A stretch of DNA of 64,000 nucleotides from Diadema antillarum (GCF_040938485.1 NW_027270935.1:992001-1056000); one strand, 5' to 3'. Numbered from the stretch's first letter, positions 38,077 through 51,084 are shown. The notes: a model not told the origin generated them from the sequence alone. A program made the numbers and translations.

Positions 38077-41000
38077 ATTTGACATCTATCCTCATTACCT
38101 GCTACAGGGTCATCTTTGCTGATGTCGACACAGGACTTGTGATACCATTCATGCTTTTTACAGTGCTCTGCTAGGTGGCATTGCACCATCCCCTCATCTC
38201 CAGTCTGACACTTCTTATGGCAGAAGCAGTAGATGTACGAGTCACTGTCTTTACACCCTTGAGAGCAGTACCAGTCTTCGTCAGAATCTGGTGCCTCTTG
38301 GAGTCCCACACAGCTTAAATGGAACCATGCATGTCTACATGTCTTAGAGCAGCACATGACCATTTCATCTGACTTCTCTGTTGGTATATAAGCAAACATA
38401 CAATGGCAAATAAACAAAAAAACACTTTAGGGTTATAAAGTGTTTATAGTAACTGTGTGCACAGTTGTATGTGAACTGAATTCAACTTGGTATTATCAGA
38501 TCTTAATATTTACATTTGAAATCATGTCAGCTGTTAATGCTTCAGTAAAATGTTTCATTTTATTTGGAGAGTGCCACATCACTGCAGTGAGCTTTAATGC
38601 CTCGTAAGACAAATATAATAGATTTTAAGTTATTGATATGTAGATTAACAATGAAAATCCTCCCATAAATAATTCATAACACACTAGTATATACTGTGGA
38701 CATGGAAGCTGTATTATCAACCCTTTTTCTCATTAGGCCCATTTCAGTAACTAGGGTAATGAATGGAGTGTCAACAGTAGGCATTTATGCAATCTGTTGC
38801 AATACAAAATGTCACTTCCAATTCCTTCAAGAGCCAGATCCATTCTTGCATCACAGAATATGTTTCTACTCGCAGACATGGTAACTAGACAATGATGAGT
38901 CACGTTGTCATGGCTATTTCAAAAGAGATGTTCATGAATTTCCTACCATCATATAAGATCTTTCTAGCCAAACATCAACCATTACACGAATATTCAGATT
39001 GAAGTTACCTTTTGTGTTGCAGAAACAGTACCGTAGAGCGTCATCAGGAACATCTCTTAATTTCTGATCAAAACCTGCTGCAGCTACTTGCACATCTCCT
39101 CGATCTGGCGGAGCCCAGCAGAAGTCCACCACCCGCTGTGATAGATTAGATAGCCACTTGAGCTGTGCTTCTACATCCTGCTCAGTTGGCAATCCTTTTG
39201 GCTGATCCTCTAGTGATGATACTCCGCATAGTTTCATTGCACACAGAACGATGTGTGATTCTGTCACAAACTAAAACGTTGAATGAGAGAATAAGAAATC
39301 TCTGAAACATGGTCTATTGAGAGTGAAACTAAGTAAATGTTATTTAGGATGGAAGGGGCAGGAATGATGAGTTAAGTAGCTGAATATCACCCAACGTCCA
39401 CACATAAAAAAGTAACATAGCCAATCCAAATGCAGTAATTATTTTTTTTCATGAATTGAAATCGTCACAATTTCATTTATGTTGCAATTATCAGTTGTAT
39501 GAGATTACTTAAAAACAACCAAAACTCAGTTGCAGTGAGCATCAACAAATAAAGAATTAGTAGTTCACACAAAGTCTATCATGGATTTATTACCTACACC
39601 AAGGAAGGAGGTTATGCTTTTGTCTGTTTTGATTTGTCAGAGTGCAAAATAACTCAAGTTGTCTACAGATTTGATGAAACTTTACTCACAGAAAAAGTTG
39701 AGAATGTCACAAAAAAACGCTGAAGAGGTAATCACATTTCAGCATTTTTTGTATATTTTTACTTACCTATCATTGGGAGTTATATGTGTATAAGTGGAAA
39801 TGAATTGCTTCGAAGAGGTCTATGCTCTCTGATTCCTTTTCTAGTTTTTGTATTTTCATACAAAAGTTTATATACACTTATATATACCTTATACAGATCC
39901 CAGACATGCTGAAAGTTCTCAACTGCATCTCTCTTGAATGACCTGTGATTGAACTCATTCTTCAGTTGAGCAATGGTTCCCCTGTCAGCCAGGCTGGATG
40001 CTTGGAAGAACTTGTTGTTTGAATCCTGTTTGTATGATAATGATTATGCATAGTTCATATAATAGGCACAGCTAGGATTGGGTTTGTAGGTGTTTCATGT
40101 TAGTGGCTTTGCCTCCCCAACACACTTTACATGTACAATAAAAGGGAGGCACCCGTGTTGGAAACTGTCACCCCCAATGCAGAGTGTTCAAATCAGATTG
40201 CAATTGAACTGAATGTTTAATTATTTCGTATTCATGAATGAACTACCTGTACATGAGGCCCTTTATTTTTATATGTGGCCTTTGGAAATCTACCATAAAT
40301 TTCAGAATGAAAGAAAAAAATCCTTTACTTTAACATACCATTACTGCCGTTGTCAAATTGAGCCAATATTTTTTTTCTTGTTTTTTTTTAAAGGCAGGTT
40401 GTGAATACAAAAGAAATTTTTTGCACACATATTTCTGACTATCTGCATCACTACTTCCATCCCCAAATTATCAGTTGCTTTTTTTTTTCACCAAACATTA
40501 TAAACATAACATAGGCCTACACAAGTTACCAAAATGGTATATCATTACCTGCACATGGAGGATTTCCTTGTGGAACTCTTGCGGGCAAGCGTAAAATGCC
40601 TCCAAACGGTCATCCCACTTTGCTCCATTACTCCTAGCCCGCTGTGCGTGGAGAATGCGCTCAATGGTGAGGCCATCACCACTCAGGAGACATGGTTTGG
40701 GATGATCATCCACAACAGGAACATATTTCTGCAAATGCTCCATCACTGAGATCATACCCTGAGTGGAGCCTGGATCAGCGTCAACAACTCCCAGAGTGAC
40801 CTATATTTCAAAAAAGAAAGGAAGGGAGGAACGAAGGAAGGAAGAAAGAAAGAAAGAAAGAGAAATTGAAGTAATGTTTCTTGCAAAAGTGATGTATTTA
40901 ATACTATGATTGCAGACCACAGGCAAGCAACATATGGGAGGGTTAATTTTTGGGCAGACTAGGTATTACAATGTATCTTTTTTCTCAGAGTGCTTCCTAC

Positions 41001-44000
41001 CCCAGTGGCGGATCCAGAGGGGGCGCAACCAGCACACGCCCCCCCCCTTTAATTTTCATTAGAAACAAAGAAAATAAAAAGGATAAAATGAAATGAAACC
41101 CAGAAGTGGCAATAGTAATATTAGTCACGCCCCCACCCCCCCCCCCTTTACAGAATTCCGGGATCCGCCCCTGCTACCCTCCCCTTCTTTAAAATTGCAT
41201 TCAAACCTACCATATCCCCACAATGATTACTTTAACCCCTCCTTATGATAGAATAGGAATAAACTACAAAAACATGTTTCAAGGAAGACAAGCACTCCTA
41301 TTTAATGCACATGCATTGAATAAAAACAATTGTGTTACCATGTTAAATAAAAACTTACACATTGAGATTTCTCATCCATTTCAGTAGTATGAGAATGAAG
41401 GATTCTGGAGGGAATCTTGTTCTGTAGATGCTTAAGTTGCGTCATGTGCTTGGGTAGCAGGGACTGTACCAGAAAAACTGCTCTTGCTCTCTGTCGCTCA
41501 AACACATCAGGAGATGGAAGGAATGTGTATGGATCAAGACTTGCTGCTGGTACTTGTAGAATTGCTGATCCCTCTTTGACTCGATCTTTGACAGCAAAAC
41601 ACATCGTTTGCAGGAGGAACTTGTTTCCATGTCCTTTCCTCTGATGTTTGGCTTCAGTTCCAACCTGTATGTTGTCAATACAGAAGCCATAGCTGTATCC
41701 GCCGGTGTCCTTGATCGTCTGCTGAGTTTCTGGTTTTTCCTAATAAGCAGAAAGAGGGGAAAAAGTTTGTCTTTCTTTAACCCAATAAGGCCCAAGCTTA
41801 TTTTGACCCCTTCCAGGGGGGGGGGGGGGGGCACACATTGTGCTCTATATAATCTTTTTACTATATGATGTATGACTGTCATATTTGGCACTTTATATCA
41901 ATCATTTTCATTTGCCACAAGTGAAAAGCAAGGAAACCTTCACTATTTTGTAATGGTTGAAATTTATTAAGGTCAACATGTGGGGGCGCTATTCATTACA
42001 AGGTAAAGAAAATAATGCATAAGAGCTACGCTGAATTGCTTGGGATAGTTTTAGATATTTGTATCACATTTCATATTTCCATAGTATTGATATTCTTTTG
42101 CAGATTTATAATATGATAAACAAATGATGTTAAAGGCAAAACACATAATAATAGGGTAATCTTAAGAAAATGCTGCATTTTCAATTATTTCCATTATATT
42201 TCTTGTTTGATGGCTATGTCACAGCGACCATTGTAGGGTAATTCACAACCATAATTACTTCACTTTTTGGTCCTTCAGCAAATTACAGCCAAGAAAACCC
42301 CATTTTATCTATTATCATAATTGTTAACTGAAATTGGAACAGAAAATCATGCAAAATCTGACGAACATGGTTGTCAGTTTATGGTTGCCCTGGCAGCTAG
42401 TAATACCTGACATAGTTAAATTATATATCAAACTGTTTGCAATAAGATTTTAGGAAAGGTCACCAAATATTGTTGAAATCAGGTAAAGGGTGTCGGAGTG
42501 GCGAACAAAAACATTGTGCCCCCCCCCCCCCTTGGGCTTTATAGGGTTAAAGTGTGCGGATAACAGGGGGACATGACATTTTCATCTCTTGCTTCTCATC
42601 TACAGATGTGTTTATTGGGTGTTGACACTTTAGAGATTCAAAATAATTTTCTTAAAATATTAGTTCTGCAGATCAAGTACATTTTCCAAGCTTTCTAACA
42701 AAATAACCCTTTGAGTAGCATTCTACAACTTTTCACTGAAATAAGTTTGCCCACCTGAGATTCTTTCCACTTCCACAGTTCATCATCATGTTTCTTCCCA
42801 ATGATGTCCACATTTCGTCTGGCTGTGTCCGCACTTTGAGATATCCCCATGTGGTTCAATGTGGTGAATACCTTGTGGCTCACTCGTTGTCTCCAGAGCT
42901 CTATCCCAATGCAGGATTGCACAAATTTGTAGATCGGACATTTTGTGTAGAGGACAATTGCAAGTATTTGACCAGCCTTTCGAGCCAGATCACTGCAAAG
43001 AAGATTTATTATATCATTTATAACATCTGTATTACCATTAATGACATAACTTTTATTACATCACTGTAATTTATGAAAAATGTGTTTGGTCTTGGTCACT
43101 TGTTGCTTGTTCCCAGTAATATTATAGGAAAAGGGAAAAGGATGTGTTTTAAGAACATTAGGCCTATCATTATGAACTGTTCAAACTGGTTATTTTTGTG
43201 TTTTATTTTGATATATATGTATGAAAACAGTTGATTGTTACCCGTTGAGACGAAAGAGGAACTTCAGTTTTTTTCTTTTGTTAACCAAATACATTTCATA
43301 CATAAATAGAACATTCTTTTTCACAGAATCTGTTAGCCATCATTTGTGAATATATTTTGATTTGATTTGATGTATTTTCCACTTTCAATCAGATACAAAT
43401 TGAAAACAAATTTCAAAAGCACAAAGACAAAGAACAGCAAGTGCAGTGATATTTAACAATGTAGTGTACAAACAGATACAAATGAGCAATTGCATTAAGC
43501 AGTATATGTGTATACATACACACAAAAACATATTTTTTTCAGTAAATAACAGAGACAATTGAATGCAGGAGACTGCCATCGTAAGCGATTTAACTTGAAA
43601 TGGATGGGGCCTCATTAAACTATCCAGTGACACAACTCTAAGATGAAAGTTAGTGCTCAGGTGGATCCAGTTACTGTATATAATTCATTCACTCATAATA
43701 TGTTATATATACACACATCTCTATTATATTGACATTATGTTCAATTATTATGTCTTGTTATGCTGCTATTATAGGGCCTACCCATAAACAGCCCTCAGGG
43801 TTCTCTCCGCAGTTCATAGGTAATTGTCAATAGTGTTGATTTTATCTTACATTATATTTACCTTCTGTTTTCTCCATTTTTCTTGACTGGCATCATTGCC
43901 CAGATGCAGCTTACTGTGGCTGGCATGCTCTGCTCTGCCTCCTCCAAGGCTTTTTCCCAGGAAAATGCAGCAACTGTAGTGTGGTTCACTTCTTGCTGAA

Positions 44001-46188
44001 ACGCTTCCAGCTTTGGTTTTGCTTTCATCTGACATTGAAGATGAAGTAACAATCTTTAAATAAATATGCATAAATTATTTTCTGCAGAAAATGAAAATCA
44101 GGAAGAAAAGCTGTGCTGAATTAAAAGTGTGAAGAAGAATGAAATTACTGTTTCCTTCTTTTCATCTCATTATCCATCTGTGAAAAGTAAGTGTTTTCTA
44201 TAGTAAAGGGAGGGTAAAATTTTGTCGTGATGGGGCTTTTGGTTTCCATCGTTTTTATTATGATGAACGGATGCTGATTCTTTTTTTAGTTAGAATCTCT
44301 TTGTGGTTATTTGCGTGTATTCAGTATAATGCGAGTCAAAGCACACCTCGAATACAACTAAACCAACTCTGTTCAGCCAAATATCATTACAACCTCAAGT
44401 AACAGTAAATGAATGGATAACTAAATAAATAGAATCAAAAAGAAATCCTAATTGAGGTGATAAATATTATTTACATATTTTATGGCTCGGTCACAAAAAA
44501 AAAAAAAAAAATTGATATCAAGATAAGAACTGCTACGAACGTAAGTTCGGATCCTGGTCGATGATCTAATGCAAAGGTTTTTTGTTTTGTTTTGTTTTGT
44601 TTTTTAACTTCGTGAAAACCCCACTCTTCGTAAGGTGGCCATTATTATGAACCTCAGAATTCGTATACGAACAGTGACATTCGTACGAGCGCTTCGTTCC
44701 AACGAACTTTTCAGTGACCCGATAGATGGCAAACTTAGTTGTTACGATTTCAGTGATCACCCCTCCCCCCTCCCCCCCAAAAAAAAAAAAAAAAAAAAAT
44801 GGAGAAAAAAGTAATTCCGAGGGTGAACATGTTGTGGGTACCTAGCTGCTGGTGATGAAAGAACTAATAGGCCCATATTTTGTGACCCGCTCCAACAAAA
44901 AGATCCAGAAGTCGTCGGAGGATTTTCTTAAAATGACATGACATTATCCCCTTACTCTCCTGCTTTAAGTTCGTATATAACAAGACTAATTAAAGTACTT
45001 GGTTGCGGAGATATCAATGATTTTATGAGACCATGTCGACTGAGTGGTCTAAGAAAAGCTAAGAAATCAGCGTTTTGAGAAAACCGCGCCTTCAATGTTT
45101 GTTTTGTTCTTTTTTTATCCCCCGATACATGCCATGCACGGATCGATAAGATCACTCCCTCGTTGCTAGGGGCGGGGCCTTTCTGCGGCGCTAAATCTAA
45201 ATCGTCGGACACTTCTGTTCAGTTGAAAGTCGCAAAATCAGGGCCAAGAAAAATTCTACTCTCTTGCCTTTCCTTTAATCATTTAGCGTCGAAATTTCGG
45301 CAGATGATAGACGATATATTAGACTACAAAACCATGTCAAAAACGGAAATTTGATAGTTTTGGCCGATTTTGACGATCTGACGTTAAACACAATTTTCTC
45401 GGCTCAGCCGTCAGCGATTCTAGAATCCTTTCGTTGTGGCAAGTCATATTTATTCTTAAATTGATATTAACAGCGATAATAATTCTACTACTAATAAATA
45501 TAATATACTGTATGCAGCAGCGTCATAATTGTGATGTTAACACATAGGCCTAAGAATGAAAACAGCGTACCTCATTTTTGATCATCTCTGCTGCGGCAGT
45601 AATCACTGCTCGCTTTGCGGGTGCAGAGTTCTTGGACATTGTCCGGATGCCCAGCAAATACCGATATGATTTTATAAACCCCACTGCTTTCTCTAGTGGT
45701 GTTGGCATAGAATCATCGGGATCCCCGGATGCACGCTCTTCTCCTTCTCCTTCTCCTTCTCCTTCTCCTTCTTCATCTTCCTCTTCATCGCTTGCTTCAC
45801 ATCCAGTGTTCTCAGCTTGACTTCCTCCAACATTGAAATCAAGCTGCTCTGTTTGACTTGTGGATATCTGTTTTTGTGGGGTCGCAAAAAGGGCCCTCTT
45901 TTTTGCCTTGGGGGTTGGGGATACTGGCTCCTTATTCTCGCGTAGTTGACTTCTCGGAGGGCGCCGACGAGCAGTCCGTTTTTTCCCTCGTTTCATAGTG
46001 TTTCGGAATATTTCGGTGCGGCATTTAGTGCACACAAAATTGTCTAGGTATACAGTCCTGCCACAAAGCTTGAAGGCTGTACCCGGAGATGTCACAATTG
46101 TGGCAAGTCTAGATCGATTGTACCCCTTCAGTCCTTTTTCAAATAAAGTCATGCACATAGCACATCTCGATGGATCAAAATGAGCCAT
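34173..46188 (-). CDS. DUF6589-type putative DDE transposase with two PHD fingers, 1018 aa, 11 exons (AcademHP-type)
   Basis: Exons 46188-45571, 44028-43862, 42992-42755, 41739-41359, 40800-40549, 40025-39888, 39270-39009, 38377-38099, 37255-37028, 36457-36326 and 34534-34173 total 3057 nt with consistent phases. Family-like motifs as I recall them: GFCIDNI, SGDGLTIER..AQ..R.N, QEFH, AVREGDG...WK...HPKY, WNRVAN.KG..GGNIGLDLVNEFMN. Two C4HC3 PHD-like fingers lie across exons 7-9. No HMM search was run. Confidence 0.87.
39587..39846. mobile_element. Degenerate non-autonomous Helitron/HINE-like insertion in transposase intron 6
   Basis: Starts TTATTACCTACACCAAGGAAGGAGGTTATG and ends GAGGTCTATGCTCTCTGATTCCTTTTCTAGTT, resembling a widespread short rolling-circle-type family. 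The assignment is from memory. Confidence 0.4.
41003..41173. mobile_element. MITE with CAG(T/G)GGCGGATCC TIR and 6-bp TSD, in transposase intron 4
   Basis: Ends CAGTGGCGGATCC and GGATCCGCCCCTG, with TSD CTACCC at 40997-41002 and 41174-41179. Confidence 0.8.
41781..42546. mobile_element. piggyBac-like non-autonomous element in transposase intron 3
   Basis: TTAA|CCCAATAAGGCCCAAG at the left and CTTGGGCTTTATAGGG|TTAA at the right; the TIRs match 14/16 and the TTAA TSD is intact. Confidence 0.8.
44880..45447. mobile_element. Degenerate TIR element in transposase intron 1
   Basis: Left TGTGACCCGCTCCAACAAAAAGATCC versus the reverse complement of the right end TATGACTTGCCACAACGAAAGGATTC, about 18/26 identical. 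Confidence 0.4.
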
Positions 46189-46952
46189 GACTCCGTCCAG
46201 CGGTTAAGAGAAAAAGGGGGAAAAGAGAGACAGGCTTTACCCTGCGTGCTCAGAAAAGTTTTCCCGCCATCGTGTGCAGCTTTGGTCAGAGCGACGAACT
46301 TAGCTGATCTCATACAGCCTAGAAACACGAGGAGGGAGCGCAAAAGTTACGCAAGTGTGGATTTACACCTGGGGAACGCATGCACGTGGTTAGTCAAGCC
46401 TAAGGCGGTTAGCACATACTGAATATGTGACAGGAAAAAAACATAAATGTCGCAATGATGAAAACGGTATACCCCGCTCTTCCAAAACTGTCTATACACA
46501 ACATATTGCCAATGTGAGGTGGTTTCATGACAAGCAAATAATCACACTCTGCAGTCTGTACGTACACCAATTTTCATGACAATAATACTTTCAGCCATTC
46601 TTAAAAGGTAGACGGAAAAAAGTGACATTTTGGCGTTTCATCTAGACTTTCAACTCAGAGCGGAAATATTTCCCGTATCGTATCATTTTGTCCAGAATAT
46701 GTTCAAATTAGTCCATAAACATCTGTCAATGTCTAAGGTACATGTTTGTGTGGATAAATTAGCTTAATTTCACAGTTCTATAGGTATAATCTTTGCATTA
46801 TAAACTGACTATTGACACTTGAACTTTGTCTTAATGACATAAACCTCTCGGGAAAATCATCAAGCAATACATGTATATGTGCTGTTTTATTAAGGATGTC
46901 TTGAGCATTTTTCAAAATATTATTATGTACATTATAACTATATATATAAATG

Positions 46953-46985
<33 letters not shown>

Positions 46986-49900
46986 TACGTGTATGGTGCA
47001 AAATGTTTACCTTTGATCTTTAGCCCATTGCATGGCCTCAAACTTTATTTATTATATGCAGAATCAACCTTTACCTGATAATACTTTCAATGTGTACATG
47101 TAGTTTCATGAAAATAAATTCAGAAATTGTACATGTTGATATATATAGAGATGTTGGGAAAATGGTGGACTTGTAGTATAACCTTGACCTAAGATCATTG
47201 CCTCTGATAGGCACAGCATATTAGTGCACTCATACAGTGTGCATGTAAGTGACACTGGGCTTGCATTATTGTCACCTTCCCTCCCCAGGTATATAGCATC
47301 ACGATCATGAGAATGAGTACTAGGGACATGACATAATAATTTAGTGCTTATTTTATTCCTAATGCGAATGAGAAGGAAGAGAATAAGTGTATGAATATGC
47401 TTGTACATTACCATCACCAATACATAAAAGGTGTAATCACACACTCGTATGTATAAATAACAATATCAATATGAAGCTATAATTGAGTGTATAGTGTTAT
47501 TAGATATAGTGTCGATAATAGTGCAAAAAAAGACACTAAATGTTTTGAAAATGACATATATATAGGGAGCAGTGGAATACAATCCCCATGACCATATGGA
47601 TGGATCTGAAAGGGTTACTTTCTAGTTTTTCATTAACCAATCCATCATACCGTTAAGATGAAAGCCAGTCTAAAACTTTATCTATATTTCATGAGAATGA
47701 AAAAAAAAATCCAGGAGAACACTGCAAAAATGATAAAATCAGATTTAAAAAAAAGGAAATAATGACATTCTGATATAAAAATTTCGGAAGACACTCCTTG
47801 TCCCGTTGCTATGAATGAATGAATGAATGAATGAAGAAAATGAAGGACTACTCAGAGTCAACTTTATTGATCTGTATATCACAGTACATAGAAATTTAGC
47901 TTCCAGTTCATCCAACTTGTTACACACAAATAATCATTAAACACACATGCGTGCAGACACACACACACAATCAAACAGCGAGTGACATGCCCGAAAGAAA
48001 AAGACAGGAAAGGATTCCCATACGGTGGAATTCTTTGAAAAAAGAAAGGTCTCTTTAATAAATAATCAAACAATCCTGAAACATTGAAAATAGACAAGAC
48101 ATGTATGTAACAGAAGTGTATTCAAATCAAATCACAGCAGATAATAAACATGAAGCAAAAATGAATATGAGTCCCCAAGAAGCAGAGCTTGTGAGTGGAG
48201 CCCATTGTGAATGTACAACATTTTACAGTGTGAAAGGAAACTTGATTTATAGATGAGACATCTGGGACATTGCCCCTGCAGACTGGGAAAAAACAAATAA
48301 ATAAAGAAACAAACAAAGAAACAAACATACCCTCTATCATGAAAATCACCTGTTATTTTCTTAATCCGTCATATCTCCAGATGTTCATTATGTGTGCACT
48401 TCCTTTATTGCAAATAAATAATGAACCACACATTCAAAATGTGCTTTAAAAACGAAATTAATAAGTGCCGGTAGGCCCGATAGTAAATCAGCGCCCAACA
48501 TGCGTTCTTTTTTGTTACATCTCATGAATATTCATTTCAGATCTCAGCGAGCCGTCCGGGTTTTTTTCCACACGCATACATTGCGTATTATAGTATGTGC
48601 TACGTTTTATCCATATTCGCGCATGCGCTGTGTAAGTCGTACCACAATACGAAATGCGGTAGGACTTTAAAACCCTCGGATAAACTCTTTCACAGGGCTC
48701 TCAAAACAGATCATATTGTAAATCGACTTCGCCTGCTGTGATTGTAAGTATCTTATCTAAGAGTAAGGCTACAAATTTCAGTATAAAACCCTGTATTTTG
48801 GTCTCTGGTCACCTAAATGCTAAGCCATATCAGGTGCTTCCGTGACAGGATAGGCCTTGCGGTGCGACCCCTTTACGGTACGTATTTGTCCGTATGGGGT
48901 CGCTGCTGCGGTTAGGGCCTAATTAAATTTACTACACTAAACTTACCGTTCTCCACTGTCGTTTCTCACACCTTGTTTGGTACGATTTCTTCCATTTTAT
49001 ATCACTTTATCCGTTCCCTTTGTACTTTGAAGTATTTTACGTAATTCTTTCAAGTGTCTCGCACTGCTATTTTCGTAACGGCGATTTTTCCGCTTGCTGC
49101 AATCACTTTTTCGAACCGAGGCGACGAAGTTTGATACCAGCCGCTTTAGTGTGCTGTGGACTGTCTTTCTAAATACATGTACCGGTATTTGGGAGGTGTT
49201 GATACTTTGTATTTGTTATTTTATTTTCCTAGGTGTTTGTCTCGAGGGACTACATTGTATGCGTGTTTCTTAATGTTGATAGGAAAAGGCTAAAATTGTC
49301 TGGGTGATGTCTGATGGTGGTGATGATAACTATGCTGGTGGAAAAAGACGGCTTACTGTGAATGCTGAGCGTACGTGCCGTTTGTTTTATTTCACTTTCC
49401 CTCTTATTCTTCTTTCCCCCTTACTCTTCTTTTCCCTCCCAAGAATGATAAAAAAAGAAATTACATACACCTCACAACAAAAAAGAACCACGTGCTACCA
49501 ACCTTCGTAAAGTTAAATCTAAATGTTCAACATCAGCAAAGAATAAGGGGAAAGCACGAATGACAATAAATCAGAGCGAAGAGATTGTGTTACATGCAGT
49601 CTCTTCGGCTCGAAGAAACTTGACACCCCACCTCTCTCCCCTTGTGGAAATTTCCACAAAAGCAGGTGCCACACCCAGGTGCGTGCCAGACGAAAGAATG
49701 CGCGCACTGAAATAAACAGCGTGTAAATATCCTGGAAATATCGATCGAAGAATCAGCTCATTAGTTGAATTAAAGGAATCATTGCAAAGATATCGTGATT
49801 CTATAGCCTTTCTTTTGGCGCATAGTAGGAAACATCAAACAGTCGAATATAGTGTACTTGATCGAATATCTTATGTTCCCTGAACACTAAAAAAAAAAAA

Positions 49901-51014
49901 GATCGATTAATCAGTCAATTAAAATTGCAATCACAGAAATAAAAAGGTCTCGTATGCCCAGAGAAATTCACTACGAGTAGGTTCAATGAGATGCAGTCAT
50001 CACCTGGTTAGACAGCAAAATCATGACAATTAATTTCAGTTCACGCTCATCATAACTGCTTATTACTTATCAAAGTTTTGGCTATCAACATTCGTTCGTA
50101 CGTGTTTTTTGTTTGTTTGTTTTGTATGTTTTTCCTCAAGTGAAAGACGTAATGATTTCTTTGTATCGAACGTAGACTGTATGTTTACCGTTTATCCAAA
50201 CAGTAGGCGCCTAGGCGTACTTTCTGAATATATTCAGAAATTTCTATCAACATTTTAAATATATTACAAGACTCCCAAATACCAGTTAAAAAAAAAATAA
50301 GAAATCAAATTTTTGAGATATGAACAACAACAAAAAATAACTAGACTCGGAATTTGTCAACACTGACAAATTAGGTGATCCGATCTCTTCGAAAGTCAAT
50401 GATTTGAGTCCTGATCCCAATAGGCATGACCGTAAAGGTTCATCTGTGGTTATGGACATTGGCCGTGTGATGTTTGGATTCTCATTTAAAAAAAAGGGAG
50501 TCGGGTTTGCCATCTTTGGTACCATATTCCGTATACACTATAACGAAGATACAGAATAAAGTATATTTGACCATTGACCCCACTTTGCACAGCCAAGATG
50601 GCATCTGAGAAAGAAATGGTTATTTTGTGAAATGATCCTGGTAACGTGATCTTTGTGTGTGCAAAATATTGGAAAGATAGGACATGTATTCACCAAGATA
50701 CAGGATGAAACATTTATGACCTTTGACCCTAATTTACATACCCAAGATGGTGTCTGATCAAGAAGTTGTTATTTTATGAAATAATGTAGGTGACATGAAC
50801 TAAACATGTGCAAAATATGGGATTGATAACCATTGTTGTTCTTCATCTATTGCACAGAATGTAGTAGAAAGAAAGAAAAATAAAGAAAAAATTATGTTAT
50901 TTTATAGAAATTTGAAGGAGAAGCATTAAAAAATCAGAAAAAGATAAAAATAGGAAGGGAGATTAAGACTAAATAAAGAAAAAGAAGAAAAAAAGAGTTT
51001 GAAAAAAAAAATAT

Positions 51015-51084
51015 TGGCAAGGGTGAGGCTCGAACCAGGGACCTTAGGATTACGAGTCGGATGCGCTATGCAATGACCTATTTC
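51015..51084 (-). pseudogene. Degenerate tRNA-like module (CGT anticodon position) in array unit 1
   Basis: Minus strand: A-box-like TAGGTCATTGCATAGCGC, loop CTCGTAA, B-box-like GGTTCGAGCCT, then a T run. Confidence 0.5.

Larger units (their letters stand above)
29279..46188. mobile_element. AcademHP-like DNA transposon coding core (helicase plus PHD transposase, convergent); termini not identified
   Basis: A RecQ-related helicase paired with a PHD-containing putative transposase is the defining content of the AcademHP sublineage. I found no TIR or 9-10 bp TSD by eye, so the coordinates cover the coding core only. Confidence 0.75.

Noticed and set aside
45735-45775. (TCCTTC)n tract as a separate repeat feature
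   Set aside because: It is in frame within transposase exon 1 and encodes an acidic (EG)n linker, an ordinary low-complexity expansion.
28396-46327. TAGAAACA direct repeat (28396 and 46320) as a possible TSD of the Academ-like unit
   Set aside because: Only 8 bp rather than 9-10 bp, and the enclosed ends show no inverted-repeat similarity.
47106-48349. Minus-strand ORFs as the missing WDR26 LisH/CTLH exons
   Set aside because: The frames I translated show no LisH, CTLH or LPPRRL-type sequence.
29188-48540. 15-bp inverted match CATGAATATTCATTT on both sides of the unit as a possible TIR
   Set aside because: Twelve of the 15 bases are a self-palindrome, the flanks do not extend the match and there is no TSD. 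A shared promoter motif is more likely.
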